From contig JBAZQI010000003.1 of the NCBI GenBank assembly GCA_041645325.1, forward strand, positions 1 through 56,581: 56,581 bases of DNA. The letters run 5' to 3'. Of this stretch, positions 24,234 through 32,113 are shown in pieces. A program made the position numbers and the translations under genes. Source of the DNA: an archaeon. GTDB taxonomy: Archaea > Iainarchaeota > Iainarchaeia > Iainarchaeales > GCA-2688035. The notes beneath the pieces are model-generated. The model saw only the letters and a program-made list of their open reading frames with translations. It was not told the DNA's origin and made no database searches. How positions within the stretch are numbered: position 1 is the stretch's first letter; every line of letters starts with the position of its first letter.

Positions 24234-25432
24234 TTCAAAGTCTCCTTATACTTCTTAACCATTTTTTTAACAAATATATCATAACTCAAATCATTTTTTA
24301 CTGTTTCTATACCGGCTTTTGAAAGGGTTGAAGCCAAATCCTTGTCCGACAAAATTCTGCAAACAGCCTTTGCCAAAGCGCTTGAATCCTTTTGCGGGAC
24401 AAGCAAACCATTAATGCCGTTTTTAACAACGTCGGGAATCCCGCCAACATTACAGGAAACAACAGGAACCCCGCAAGCCATTGCTTCTCCAATTACAAGC
24501 CCTTGACCCCCCTCTGTTTCTCCTTTGCTGTCAACAATCGCAGGCAAACAAAAAACATCAGCGCCGGCATAATAACTTGGCAAATCCGGAATAGGGATGC
24601 GCCCAGCCAAATAAACACTCTTGCTCAAACCTAATTCATCAACAACAGATTTGATTTTAAATTCTTCGGGTCCGCCGCCGCCAATAACAAGCAAAGCATT
24701 AGGGCATTTTTTAAGAATTTCAGGCATTGCTTTAACAAGATAAACATGGCCTTTCCTTTCAACAAGGCGACCCATTACAAAAATAACAGGGCGTTTTAAA
24801 AAATTCCGCCCAACAACTTTCTCATTATACCGTTTAGTATTAACCCCCCCACAAAACAAAACATCATGCTCTCTCGCCCCGATGCCAACAGCAGCGTCAT
24901 GGGTAGCAACACTATTAGAAGTCAACAATTTTGCAAACTTTGTTGGAAAACTTGCCAAAAAAGGCAAGCCAATCTTTTTAGACAGGTAAATCTCTGCTCC
25001 AAACAAATGCAAAGCAAAACAAAAATTGCAAAAATGCAAAGCAATCAATGCGGCCCATCCTTGGGGAAAAGCCCACAAAACCTGAACAACATCAGGCTCA
25101 AATTCCCTCACTGCTTTTCTTAAAGCAAAAGCATTCGACAAAATATACGGAACAAACTGTGCCTTTGCCAGCAAACTTCCCTTAATATTCTGCGCAATTC
25201 CACAGCCATAAGCAATCTTTTGCATTGAAACCGGCCACCAATACTGGAATCTGCGAATTTTCACGCCATCAATTTCATGCTCTTTGCACGCATTGCTGCA
25301 ATGGGCAGCCAAAACCATTACTTTATGTCCATTTCTTTCAAAAGCAGTTGCAACCTCGTAAACAAAATCAAGCTGCTCATCTTTCTTAGACTTCAAGAAA
25401 GTTGAAGTAACAAACAAAACCTTCAAATACAT
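24230..25432 (-). CDS. Glycosyltransferase family 4 (GT-B, Glycos_transf_1)
   Basis: GRLVERKGHVYLV...ETEGGQGLVIGEAMACGVPVVSCNVGGIPDVV is the E-x7-E region. It overlaps the carbamoyltransferase gene by 4 nt. Confidence 0.88.
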   Translation of the reverse strand: MYLKVLFVTSTFLKSKKDEQLDFVYEVATAFERNGHKVMVLAAHCSNACKEHEIDGVKIRRFQYWWPVSMQKIAYGCGIAQNIKGSLLAKAQFVPYILSNAFALRKAVREFEPDVVQVLWAFPQGWAALIALHFCNFCFALHLFGAEIYLSKKIGLPFLASFPTKFAKLLTSNSVATHDAAVGIGAREHDVLFCGGVNTKRYNEKVVGRNFLKRPVIFVMGRLVERKGHVYLVKAMPEILKKCPNALLVIGGGGPEEFKIKSVVDELGLSKSVYLAGRIPIPDLPSYYAGADVFCLPAIVDSKGETEGGQGLVIGEAMACGVPVVSCNVGGIPDVVKNGINGLLVPQKDSSALAKAVCRILSDKDLASTLSKAGIETVKNDLSYDIFVKKMVKKYKETLK

Positions 25433-25733
25433 TCCTCCAAAAACTCCAACTTGCTAACCAAACTCTTCAGATTGCGCGAATATAATAACTAACCTTGCTT
25501 GGCATCACAATGGATGCATTATCCAAGACCGAAACAGAACTATACTTTGAATTCATCATAAAAAGCAATCAAACTGCTTTCATCAAGCTCTTGCAAAATC
25601 TCAGATTTCCCTGTGGGTAGGCCGCCGTTGCCTTGCATCTGGCGCCGGCCATTGATAAAAGACATTTCTCTTTGCTAGGCTTTAAAAAGTTTATGCACCT
25701 CTTTTTTTAGAACTGATTCCAGGGGCTTTTGCT

Positions 25734-26414
25734 GTGAAGGCGGTAAAAAAATTTGCGGGAAATTTTCTGAGGGATTACTACTGGCGGAAGCGCAGGATTC
25801 TTTTCATACCCTACGGCAATGACGAAAGCGTGGAAAGCTTTGCAAAGCTTTTTGACAAGGTTTCCGGCGAGGTTGAGCTTCTTCAGGCAAGGGCGGAAGC
25901 GTTTTTGCTTTACTCCTGCGCCTTGAAAACTAACAAGCTTAAGGGGGACATTGCCGAAGTCGGGGTTTACCAGGGCGGTTCGGCAAGGCTTATTTGTGAA
26001 GTGAAAGGCAAAAGAAAGCTTTTCCTTTTTGACACCTGGGAAGGCCTGCCTTATGACGACGAATATGACGCCAATATGAAAAAGGGGTGCTATAAGGCGG
26101 AATTTGAGGCTGCCAAAAGCTATCTCAAAGGATTTGACGGCGTTTCGTTCCACAGGGGCGTCTTTCCCGGCACTTCAGGCGTTATCAAAGACAAAAAGTT
26201 TTCGCTTGTTTCGCTTGACCTTGACCTTTACAAGGCCACAAAGGAATCCCTTGAATTCTTTTACCCAAGAATGGTCAAGGGCGGGGTAATAATCAGCCAC
26301 AACTACAAGGACCTTTCAGGGGTGAAAAAGGCCTTTGACTCTTTTTTCAGGGACAAGCCTGAACTTGTGCTTGGCCTGAACAACTCGCAGGTTCTTGTCC
26401 AAAAAACCTGCTGA
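25734..26414 (+). CDS. TylF/macrocin-O-methyltransferase-like SAM methyltransferase
   Basis: GDIAEVGVYQGGSARL...FDTWEGLP...LVSLDLDLYKATKESLEFFYPRMVKGGVIISHNY fits the TylF family pattern. It has a GTG start. Confidence 0.8.
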   Translation: MKAVKKFAGNFLRDYYWRKRRILFIPYGNDESVESFAKLFDKVSGEVELLQARAEAFLLYSCALKTNKLKGDIAEVGVYQGGSARLICEVKGKRKLFLFDTWEGLPYDDEYDANMKKGCYKAEFEAAKSYLKGFDGVSFHRGVFPGTSGVIKDKKFSLVSLDLDLYKATKESLEFFYPRMVKGGVIISHNYKDLSGVKKAFDSFFRDKPELVLGLNNSQVLVQKTC

Positions 26415-26508
26415 AAGCCGTCAGATTCAATTCATTTTTTCGTGCAAAGCCGTCTGCTGCAAAGCATTTATAGTAGTTTTCCTGTCTTTTTAATGCTGGT
26501 CTTGAATC

Positions 26509-27930
26509 ATGACGTCCATTGAAAAGGGGACCTTTTACCTGTTTGGCTCAAGGTTTATCTTTTTCCTCTCGGGCTATGTTTTGCTGTTTGTCCTGGGCAG
26601 GTTTTTGCTTGACCCGGTGGAGTTCGGGATTTTCGGAGTGGTGTTCTCGATTGTCTCTCTCGCCAACACGGTCCTGCTTTATGGGATACAGCAGGCTGTT
26701 TCAAAGTTTGTTTCTGAAACCCCTTCAAAAGCAAAGGTGATTTTGCGCCAGGCATTAAAGCTTCAGTTTTTCTTTTCAATAGCGGTTTTCCTCAGCCTCT
26801 TTCTCTCCGCTGATTTTCTTGCATTTGTCCTGAACGACCCGAGCATTGGTCCATACCTGCGCATTGCTGCCTTTATTCCCCTGTTCCAGCCATTCTTTTC
26901 CGCAATACTTGGCTACCTTAACGGCCTAAAAAAGTTCAAGGAACAGGCAATTTTCACAAACTTTTACAGGATTCTGCACGCTGCCTTTCCAATAGCGCTT
27001 GCCTTAATCGGCTTTTCCCTTTTTGGAGTCTTTGCAGGCCTTGCTTTGTCCTCACTTGCCGCCCTTATAATGGGCCTTATTTTCATTGGTTCTGGAAAGC
27101 CCGGGTTTTTTTCAAAGAAAAAACTGCTTTTCTTTGCCGCCCCAATAATTATTTACCTCTTGCAGCAGAACGCCTTCCTAAGCATTGACCTACTGTTCCT
27201 GAAAGCGCTTGCAGGCCAGAACAGCAGCCTTTTGGCAGGCTATTACACCGTAGCCCAAACCCTTGCAAGGCTTCCATTTGAGCTTGCCGTAACCCTTTCC
27301 ATTGTACTTTTCCCCCTGGTCTCTGAAACAGTTTACTCCCGGAAAAAGGAAAAATCCGCTTTTTACATCAGGAACGCCTACAGATATTCCTTTCTTGCCG
27401 TTGCGCCTTTTGCGGCAATGTTTTTCTACACGTCCGCGGAATTGATTGCGCTGGTTTACGGCTCAGCTTACATCGCAGGCTCCGCAGCTTTAAGCATTCT
27501 TTCAGTTGCCTTTGTGTTCATGACAATTTTTGTGATTTCGGAAACAATAATTACGGCAAAAGGAAACCCAAAGGCAGCGGTTGGCCTTGCTTTCCTTGCC
27601 CTGATTGCCGATGCGTTGCTTTTGTATTTCCTTATTCCGCTGAACGGGCTTGAGGGTGCGGCAACGGCCTCTCTTTTTTCAATGCTTTTCGGGGCCCTCA
27701 TTTCAACAGCGTTTGTTTTCATCCACTTCCGCCGCTTCCCATGCAAAAGCATTGCAAAAATATGCATTGCATGCATTCCGGTAATCCTGATTTCGTTTTT
27801 TGTCCATGCCTCGGGCTTTTTCCTGATCGTAGAGTATGCCCTGCTTTCCCTGGTCTTCCTTGCAGCCCTGTTCCTGCTTGGAGAAGTCAAAGAAACCGAC
27901 CTGCAAAGGGTTATAAAAATGGTTATCTAG
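26509..27930 (+). CDS. Wzx-type oligosaccharide flippase (MOP superfamily polysaccharide biosynthesis protein)
   Basis: This 473-aa polytopic membrane protein has an N-terminus (FGSRFIFFLSGYVLLFVLGRFLLDPVEFGIFGV) and helix count typical of Wzx/RfbX. Confidence 0.8.
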   Translation: MTSIEKGTFYLFGSRFIFFLSGYVLLFVLGRFLLDPVEFGIFGVVFSIVSLANTVLLYGIQQAVSKFVSETPSKAKVILRQALKLQFFFSIAVFLSLFLSADFLAFVLNDPSIGPYLRIAAFIPLFQPFFSAILGYLNGLKKFKEQAIFTNFYRILHAAFPIALALIGFSLFGVFAGLALSSLAALIMGLIFIGSGKPGFFSKKKLLFFAAPIIIYLLQQNAFLSIDLLFLKALAGQNSSLLAGYYTVAQTLARLPFELAVTLSIVLFPLVSETVYSRKKEKSAFYIRNAYRYSFLAVAPFAAMFFYTSAELIALVYGSAYIAGSAALSILSVAFVFMTIFVISETIITAKGNPKAAVGLAFLALIADALLLYFLIPLNGLEGAATASLFSMLFGALISTAFVFIHFRRFPCKSIAKICIACIPVILISFFVHASGFFLIVEYALLSLVFLAALFLLGEVKETDLQRVIKMVI

Positions 27931-27969
27931 CCAAGGCAGGCAATCCAAACAATGCTTCCTGCACCTGCT

Positions 27970-29382
27970 TCACTTCATGTACTGCAGCAGGCTCCACCCG
28001 CTTCTAAAGCTTGACTTTAGCAAATTCCAGTTTGTGAGCCTCTGCTTTAAAGCCTTGAGCATGTAACTTGGCCTCAGGTAGTATTCCTTGTATGCCTGCT
28101 TGAGCCAGTACTGCATGTCCTGCATGCTGAGGCCGGGGTATTCAAAAATCGGCCTGATTTTTCCCTCGCAGTCAAGGTAGTCTGCCCAGTTTTTGAACCT
28201 GAGGTAACCTTTGCTTTTGAGAAACTCGTAGAATTCTGTTCCGGGGTATGGCTGGGCAACGCTGAACTGCACAAAATCAATGTTAAGCTGTTTTGCAAAC
28301 TCTATGGTTTTCTTGATGCTTTCAACTGTTTCGCCAGGCATTCCAAAAACAAATGTTCCATGCACCTGTATGCCTGCATCCTCAAATAATTTTGCGGCTT
28401 TTTTTGCCTGTTCTGTTGTGGCCCTCGGCCCCTTTTTCATGTTTTTCAGCTGTTCGTCACAGCCTGATTCAAAGCCAACCTTTACCAAAAAACATCCGGC
28501 TTTTTTCATTGCCTCCGCAATCTCCTTGTCAACGGAGTCAACCCTGCTGTAGGCGGCCCAGGGAAGGTTAATTTTTTCCTTAACCATCAAGCCGCACAAT
28601 TCAAGCAGGTATTTTTTGTTGACATTGAGGGTGTCATCGTTGAATAATACGCTTTTGAACTTGAAATTTTCTTTAAGGTGCTTGAGTTCTGCGACAACGT
28701 TTTCAGGAGACCTCATCCTGTAGCCCCTGCCATACATCAGCTGGGGCCCTGCGCAATAAATGCATTGGTGCGGGCAGCCCCTTCCGGCAAGCACAAAAGT
28801 GAAGGGATTCTTGTACAATGCAGAGTAATATTTTTCGTTTGGCAGCAGTTCCCTTGCCGGAAACGGAAGCTTATCAAGGTCCTGAATCAGCGGCCTTGCC
28901 TTGTTATGTATAATCTTTTTGCCTTTCTTGAACGAAATGCCTTCAATTTCCTCAAGCCTGGCTCCTTCGGCCAAATCCCTTATGGTGTAATCGTATTCGC
29001 CCCTTGCCACAATATCAAAGCCCTTGTCCAAGGTGTCTTCGGGAACAGCTGTTGCATGCACTCCGACAGCAATTGTTTTTGCGCCTGTTTTTGCCGCGAT
29101 TTTTTTTGCAATGCCCGCATCGCTTTCAACAGAGGCAGTTGAGGTAAGCATTACCACATACTCTGGTTCAAAGCCTGAAATTCTTTCAATTGTGGCTTCT
29201 TCGCCGATTTCAAGGGCTGGCGCGTCGATTAGGTCAACCTCGTGCCCGTTTCTTTGGCAGACTGCTGCGGCATAGCCCAGCATTATCGGCGGATGCAGGG
29301 CTTTTTGGGGCGAGACTGCCTGAAACCTGACTTCCCTGTTGTACGTCCCCCTGAACGGTGGGTTCAAAAATACGATATTCAT
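27970..29382 (-). CDS. Cobalamin-binding (class B) radical SAM enzyme
   Basis: An N-terminal B12-type Rossmann domain (LGYAAAVCQRNGHEVDLIDA) and the radical SAM cluster motif GRGCPHQCIYC are present. It is a paralog of 51606-53090. Confidence 0.88.
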   Translation of the reverse strand: MNIVFLNPPFRGTYNREVRFQAVSPQKALHPPIMLGYAAAVCQRNGHEVDLIDAPALEIGEEATIERISGFEPEYVVMLTSTASVESDAGIAKKIAAKTGAKTIAVGVHATAVPEDTLDKGFDIVARGEYDYTIRDLAEGARLEEIEGISFKKGKKIIHNKARPLIQDLDKLPFPARELLPNEKYYSALYKNPFTFVLAGRGCPHQCIYCAGPQLMYGRGYRMRSPENVVAELKHLKENFKFKSVLFNDDTLNVNKKYLLELCGLMVKEKINLPWAAYSRVDSVDKEIAEAMKKAGCFLVKVGFESGCDEQLKNMKKGPRATTEQAKKAAKLFEDAGIQVHGTFVFGMPGETVESIKKTIEFAKQLNIDFVQFSVAQPYPGTEFYEFLKSKGYLRFKNWADYLDCEGKIRPIFEYPGLSMQDMQYWLKQAYKEYYLRPSYMLKALKQRLTNWNLLKSSFRSGWSLLQYMK

Positions 29383-29502
29383 GCCTTCACCAAAACACGG
29401 TTTATAAGTAATAGCAACAAGGTTTTCTTTTTTAACTTAACCAATTTGGTACAATCTTTGGGATTAAATCAAATTAAAACACTTGGGGCTTAAATTGTTT
29501 TT

Positions 29503-30795
29503 ATGGCAAAGCATTCGATAACCCTGGTTAACCCTGCTTTCGGCGTTTATGTTGCGCATCCCAGCCCGCCGCTTGGACTAGCCTATCTCAAGGCCGCTCT
29601 TGAAAAGAACGGAATACCTGCTGTGCTTGTTGATGAAACAGCAGGAATGTCAATAACGCCTGAATCAATTGAAACGGAGTGGGTCGGCATTTCGGTTTTT
29701 ACGCCAACAGCCAAGATGGCTTACGAAATGGCCGATGCATTCAGGGCAATCGGGAAAAAGGTTGTGCTTGGCGGCCCGCATGTTTCAATACTGCCAAAAG
29801 AGGCGCTGAGGCATGCCGACAAGGTTATTGTCGGCGAGGGCGAAAAAAGCATTCTTGAGATTTTTTCGTCAAAGAAAAAGGTAATAAGCAGCCTGCTCAT
29901 AAAAGACATTGATTCAATTCTTTTTCCGGACTGGCACGGCCTTCCTTTGGAAAAGTACACGGCGCCTACAAGAAAGCACGCCTATCTCAAGGTCATGACT
30001 TCAAGGGGCTGCCCCTGGGGCTGTGTCTACTGCTTTAAGGGCGTTTTTGGCCGCTGTTACAGGATGAGATCGTTCCAAAACGTGGTTGATGAGGTTGAGG
30101 CATTGCAAGCCGAGTATGGCACAAGGGAAATTGCTTTCATTGATGACAATTTTTCGCAAAACAGGGAAAGGACAGTTGACATCTGCCGGGAAATCCTGCA
30201 AAGGCGGATAAAGATTGACTGGGCCTGCCCGAATGGCGTGAGGGTTGACACAATGGATTTGCCTTTGCTTAAGCTCATGAAAAAGGCGGGCTGTTACCAG
30301 CTTTCTTTCGGCGTTGAGTCTGGAAACCAGGAAGTGCTTGACAAAATCGGAAAAGGCATTAAATTGGAGCAGGTTGAAAATGCAGTGGGGTGGGCGAAGG
30401 AAGCTGGCATTGAAACAATCGGCTTTTTTATGATAGGCCTGCCTTTTGACAATGAGAAAACAATGCAGCAGACAATTGATTTTGCAAAAAAATTGCCGTT
30501 GGACCTTGTGCAGTTCACGGTAACAGTTCCATACCCCGGAACAGAGCTTTACGGCATGGTTGAAAAAAAAGGCAGGTTTTTGGTAGAGGACTGGAGCGCT
30601 TTCGGCAGCTATTCCGGAAAAGCCTATTACGAGTTCGGGGCCCTTGACAAGGACTTGGTCGAAAGAATGTACAAGAAGGCCTACAAGGAGGTTTACTTCA
30701 GGCCCGGTTATGCCCTGAAAAGGGTTGCAAAGAATCCAAAGCTTTTGCTCTCAGGCGTGAAATACTTCTCGGCAATGTTCGGGAAAAAGAATTGA
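29503..30795 (+). CDS. Cobalamin-binding (class B) radical SAM enzyme
   Basis: LGLAYLKAALEKNGIPAVLVDE is the B12 domain and SRGCPWGCVYC is the C-x3-C-x2-C motif. It is divergent from 27970-29382. Confidence 0.88.
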   Translation: MAKHSITLVNPAFGVYVAHPSPPLGLAYLKAALEKNGIPAVLVDETAGMSITPESIETEWVGISVFTPTAKMAYEMADAFRAIGKKVVLGGPHVSILPKEALRHADKVIVGEGEKSILEIFSSKKKVISSLLIKDIDSILFPDWHGLPLEKYTAPTRKHAYLKVMTSRGCPWGCVYCFKGVFGRCYRMRSFQNVVDEVEALQAEYGTREIAFIDDNFSQNRERTVDICREILQRRIKIDWACPNGVRVDTMDLPLLKLMKKAGCYQLSFGVESGNQEVLDKIGKGIKLEQVENAVGWAKEAGIETIGFFMIGLPFDNEKTMQQTIDFAKKLPLDLVQFTVTVPYPGTELYGMVEKKGRFLVEDWSAFGSYSGKAYYEFGALDKDLVERMYKKAYKEVYFRPGYALKRVAKNPKLLLSGVKYFSAMFGKKN

Positions 30796-30813
30796 CCTTG
30801 TTTGAAATATTTT

Positions 30814-30890
30814 GCGAAGGCAGTTTTTCCCAAGGCTTTTCTGAACCCGTAGGGTTCAGAAACCGTAAGAGATGCTTTAGTAGCATCTCT
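30814..30890 (+). repeat. Copy B of the box+hairpin element, with two hairpins, between convergent genes
   Basis: GCGAAGGCAGTTTTTCCCAAGGCTT is followed by CTGAACCC-GTA-GGGTTCAG (30841-30859) and then AGAGATGCT-TTAGT-AGCATCTCT (30868-30890) with a T-run. Confidence 0.5.
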
Positions 30891-30930
30891 AAGGTTTTGT
30901 ATCAGCAAAAAGGCTTAATGTTCAGGAAAA

Positions 30931-31908
30931 CTAGCTGATGTCATTTTTTTCCGTTTCCTTTTTTTTAATCCTATAAAGGATTTCTTCCTGAATCCTTTTC
31001 TGCCTGTCAATGAGGTCTGCAAGCAGGGCAAGGACAAGCAGCAGCAATCCCACGACAATCAGCAGGACATCAAGGTTGACAAGCCAAGCAGGCACTGCCG
31101 GATTTTGGGGAAATTGTGATTCCATCCAAAGGTAGAATGCTTGGATTACCCCAAAGCCTGCCATTAAGATTCCGATGCTTCCAAAGAACTGCAGGGGCTT
31201 GTAGTCGCGCAGTGTCCTTATGATGATCATCATGGCCCTGATGCCGTAAATGTACCAGTGCTTTACTACCCTGCTTTTTCCTTTGCGTTCGCCTTCGACT
31301 TTGCAGGCAACCTCTTCAATTCTCATGCCTTTTTGCGACAAGTCCATCAAAACCTCTTGGGTGTACGTAAACCTTGCAAACAGGTTTGTCCTCAGCGCGG
31401 CTTCCCTGCTGTAAGCCCTGAAGCCGCACTGCGTATCGGTAAAACTGCTTCCTGTGAACAGGTTTATTATTTTGGTAAACAGCCTGTTTCCAAACCTTTT
31501 AACAGAAGGCATTTTCGGCTCAAGCTTTTTGTCCAAAAACCTGCTGCAGGTGACAACGTCTGCTTTGCCCTGCAGTATTGGCTTCACGAGCTTTGGAATG
31601 TCTTTCGGGTTGAATTGGCCGTCTGCGTCAATGTTGACGATAATGCCTGCGCCCATTTTCAGGGCTGTGTCAAGCCCTGTTTGGAATGCCATCCCAAGCC
31701 CCTTGTTTCCCTTGTGTGAAACGATTTTGTCAGCGCCTGCGTTTTTGGCTTTTTGAACTGTTTTGTCAGTGCTGCCGTCGTCCACAATAAGCACGAGCGT
31801 TTTTTCAATGCCTTGTATTTTTCTTGGAATGGCGTTTATTACAGCGGCAATTGTCTTTTCCTCATTGAAGGCCGGAATCAGCACGACAAGCTTTTGCGTT
31901 TCCTTCAT
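30931..31908 (-). CDS. GT2 glycosyltransferase, polyprenyl-phosphate-sugar synthase-like (DPM1/GtrB-like) with C-terminal TM helices
   Basis: VVLIPAFNEEKTIAAVI...LVLIVDDGSTDKT...NIDADGQF are present, with a hydrophobic C-terminal ~90 aa. Confidence 0.88.
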   Translation of the reverse strand: MKETQKLVVLIPAFNEEKTIAAVINAIPRKIQGIEKTLVLIVDDGSTDKTVQKAKNAGADKIVSHKGNKGLGMAFQTGLDTALKMGAGIIVNIDADGQFNPKDIPKLVKPILQGKADVVTCSRFLDKKLEPKMPSVKRFGNRLFTKIINLFTGSSFTDTQCGFRAYSREAALRTNLFARFTYTQEVLMDLSQKGMRIEEVACKVEGERKGKSRVVKHWYIYGIRAMMIIIRTLRDYKPLQFFGSIGILMAGFGVIQAFYLWMESQFPQNPAVPAWLVNLDVLLIVVGLLLLVLALLADLIDRQKRIQEEILYRIKKKETEKNDIS

Positions 31909-32043
31909 ATTTAACCAATTCTGCCTTTTAACTCTTTTAAAACCGTTATTTTTTGATTAACGTACTATACTATTATGGTTTTCTTTAAATACCCTTTCGG
32001 ATTAACTCTAGTAAATGCCATCCGGTTTTTTTCAGGGCTTTTT

Positions 32044-32087
32044 CCGAAGGAAGTTTTTCCCAAGGCTTCGAGTGCCCTGCAGGGTAC
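32044..32087 (+). repeat. Copy C of the box+hairpin element, in a divergent promoter region
   Basis: CCGAAGGAAGTTTTTCCCAAGGCTT is followed by an imperfect hairpin around the palindrome CCCTGCAGGG. Confidence 0.45.
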
Positions 32088-32113
32088 GAGGCAAGAAAAG
32101 CTTTTGCTTTTCT

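Noticed and set aside
25433-25733. Two mutually antisense ~37-41-codon ORFs (MDALSKTETELYFEF... on +, MSFINGRRQMQGNGG... on -) in the 300-nt gap upstream of the GT4 gene.
   Set aside because: They are too short, have no convincing SD or family resemblance, and are mutually exclusive. I treat them as non-coding promoter/boundary sequence unless conservation is shown.
32015-32113. The N-terminal 33-codon extension of the GT-C ORF (MPSGFFQGFFRRKFFPRLRVPCRVRGKKSFCFS).
   Set aside because: The extension is the translation of the box+hairpin repeat element (copy C) and is not protein-like. The ATG at 32114 precedes the first TM helix.
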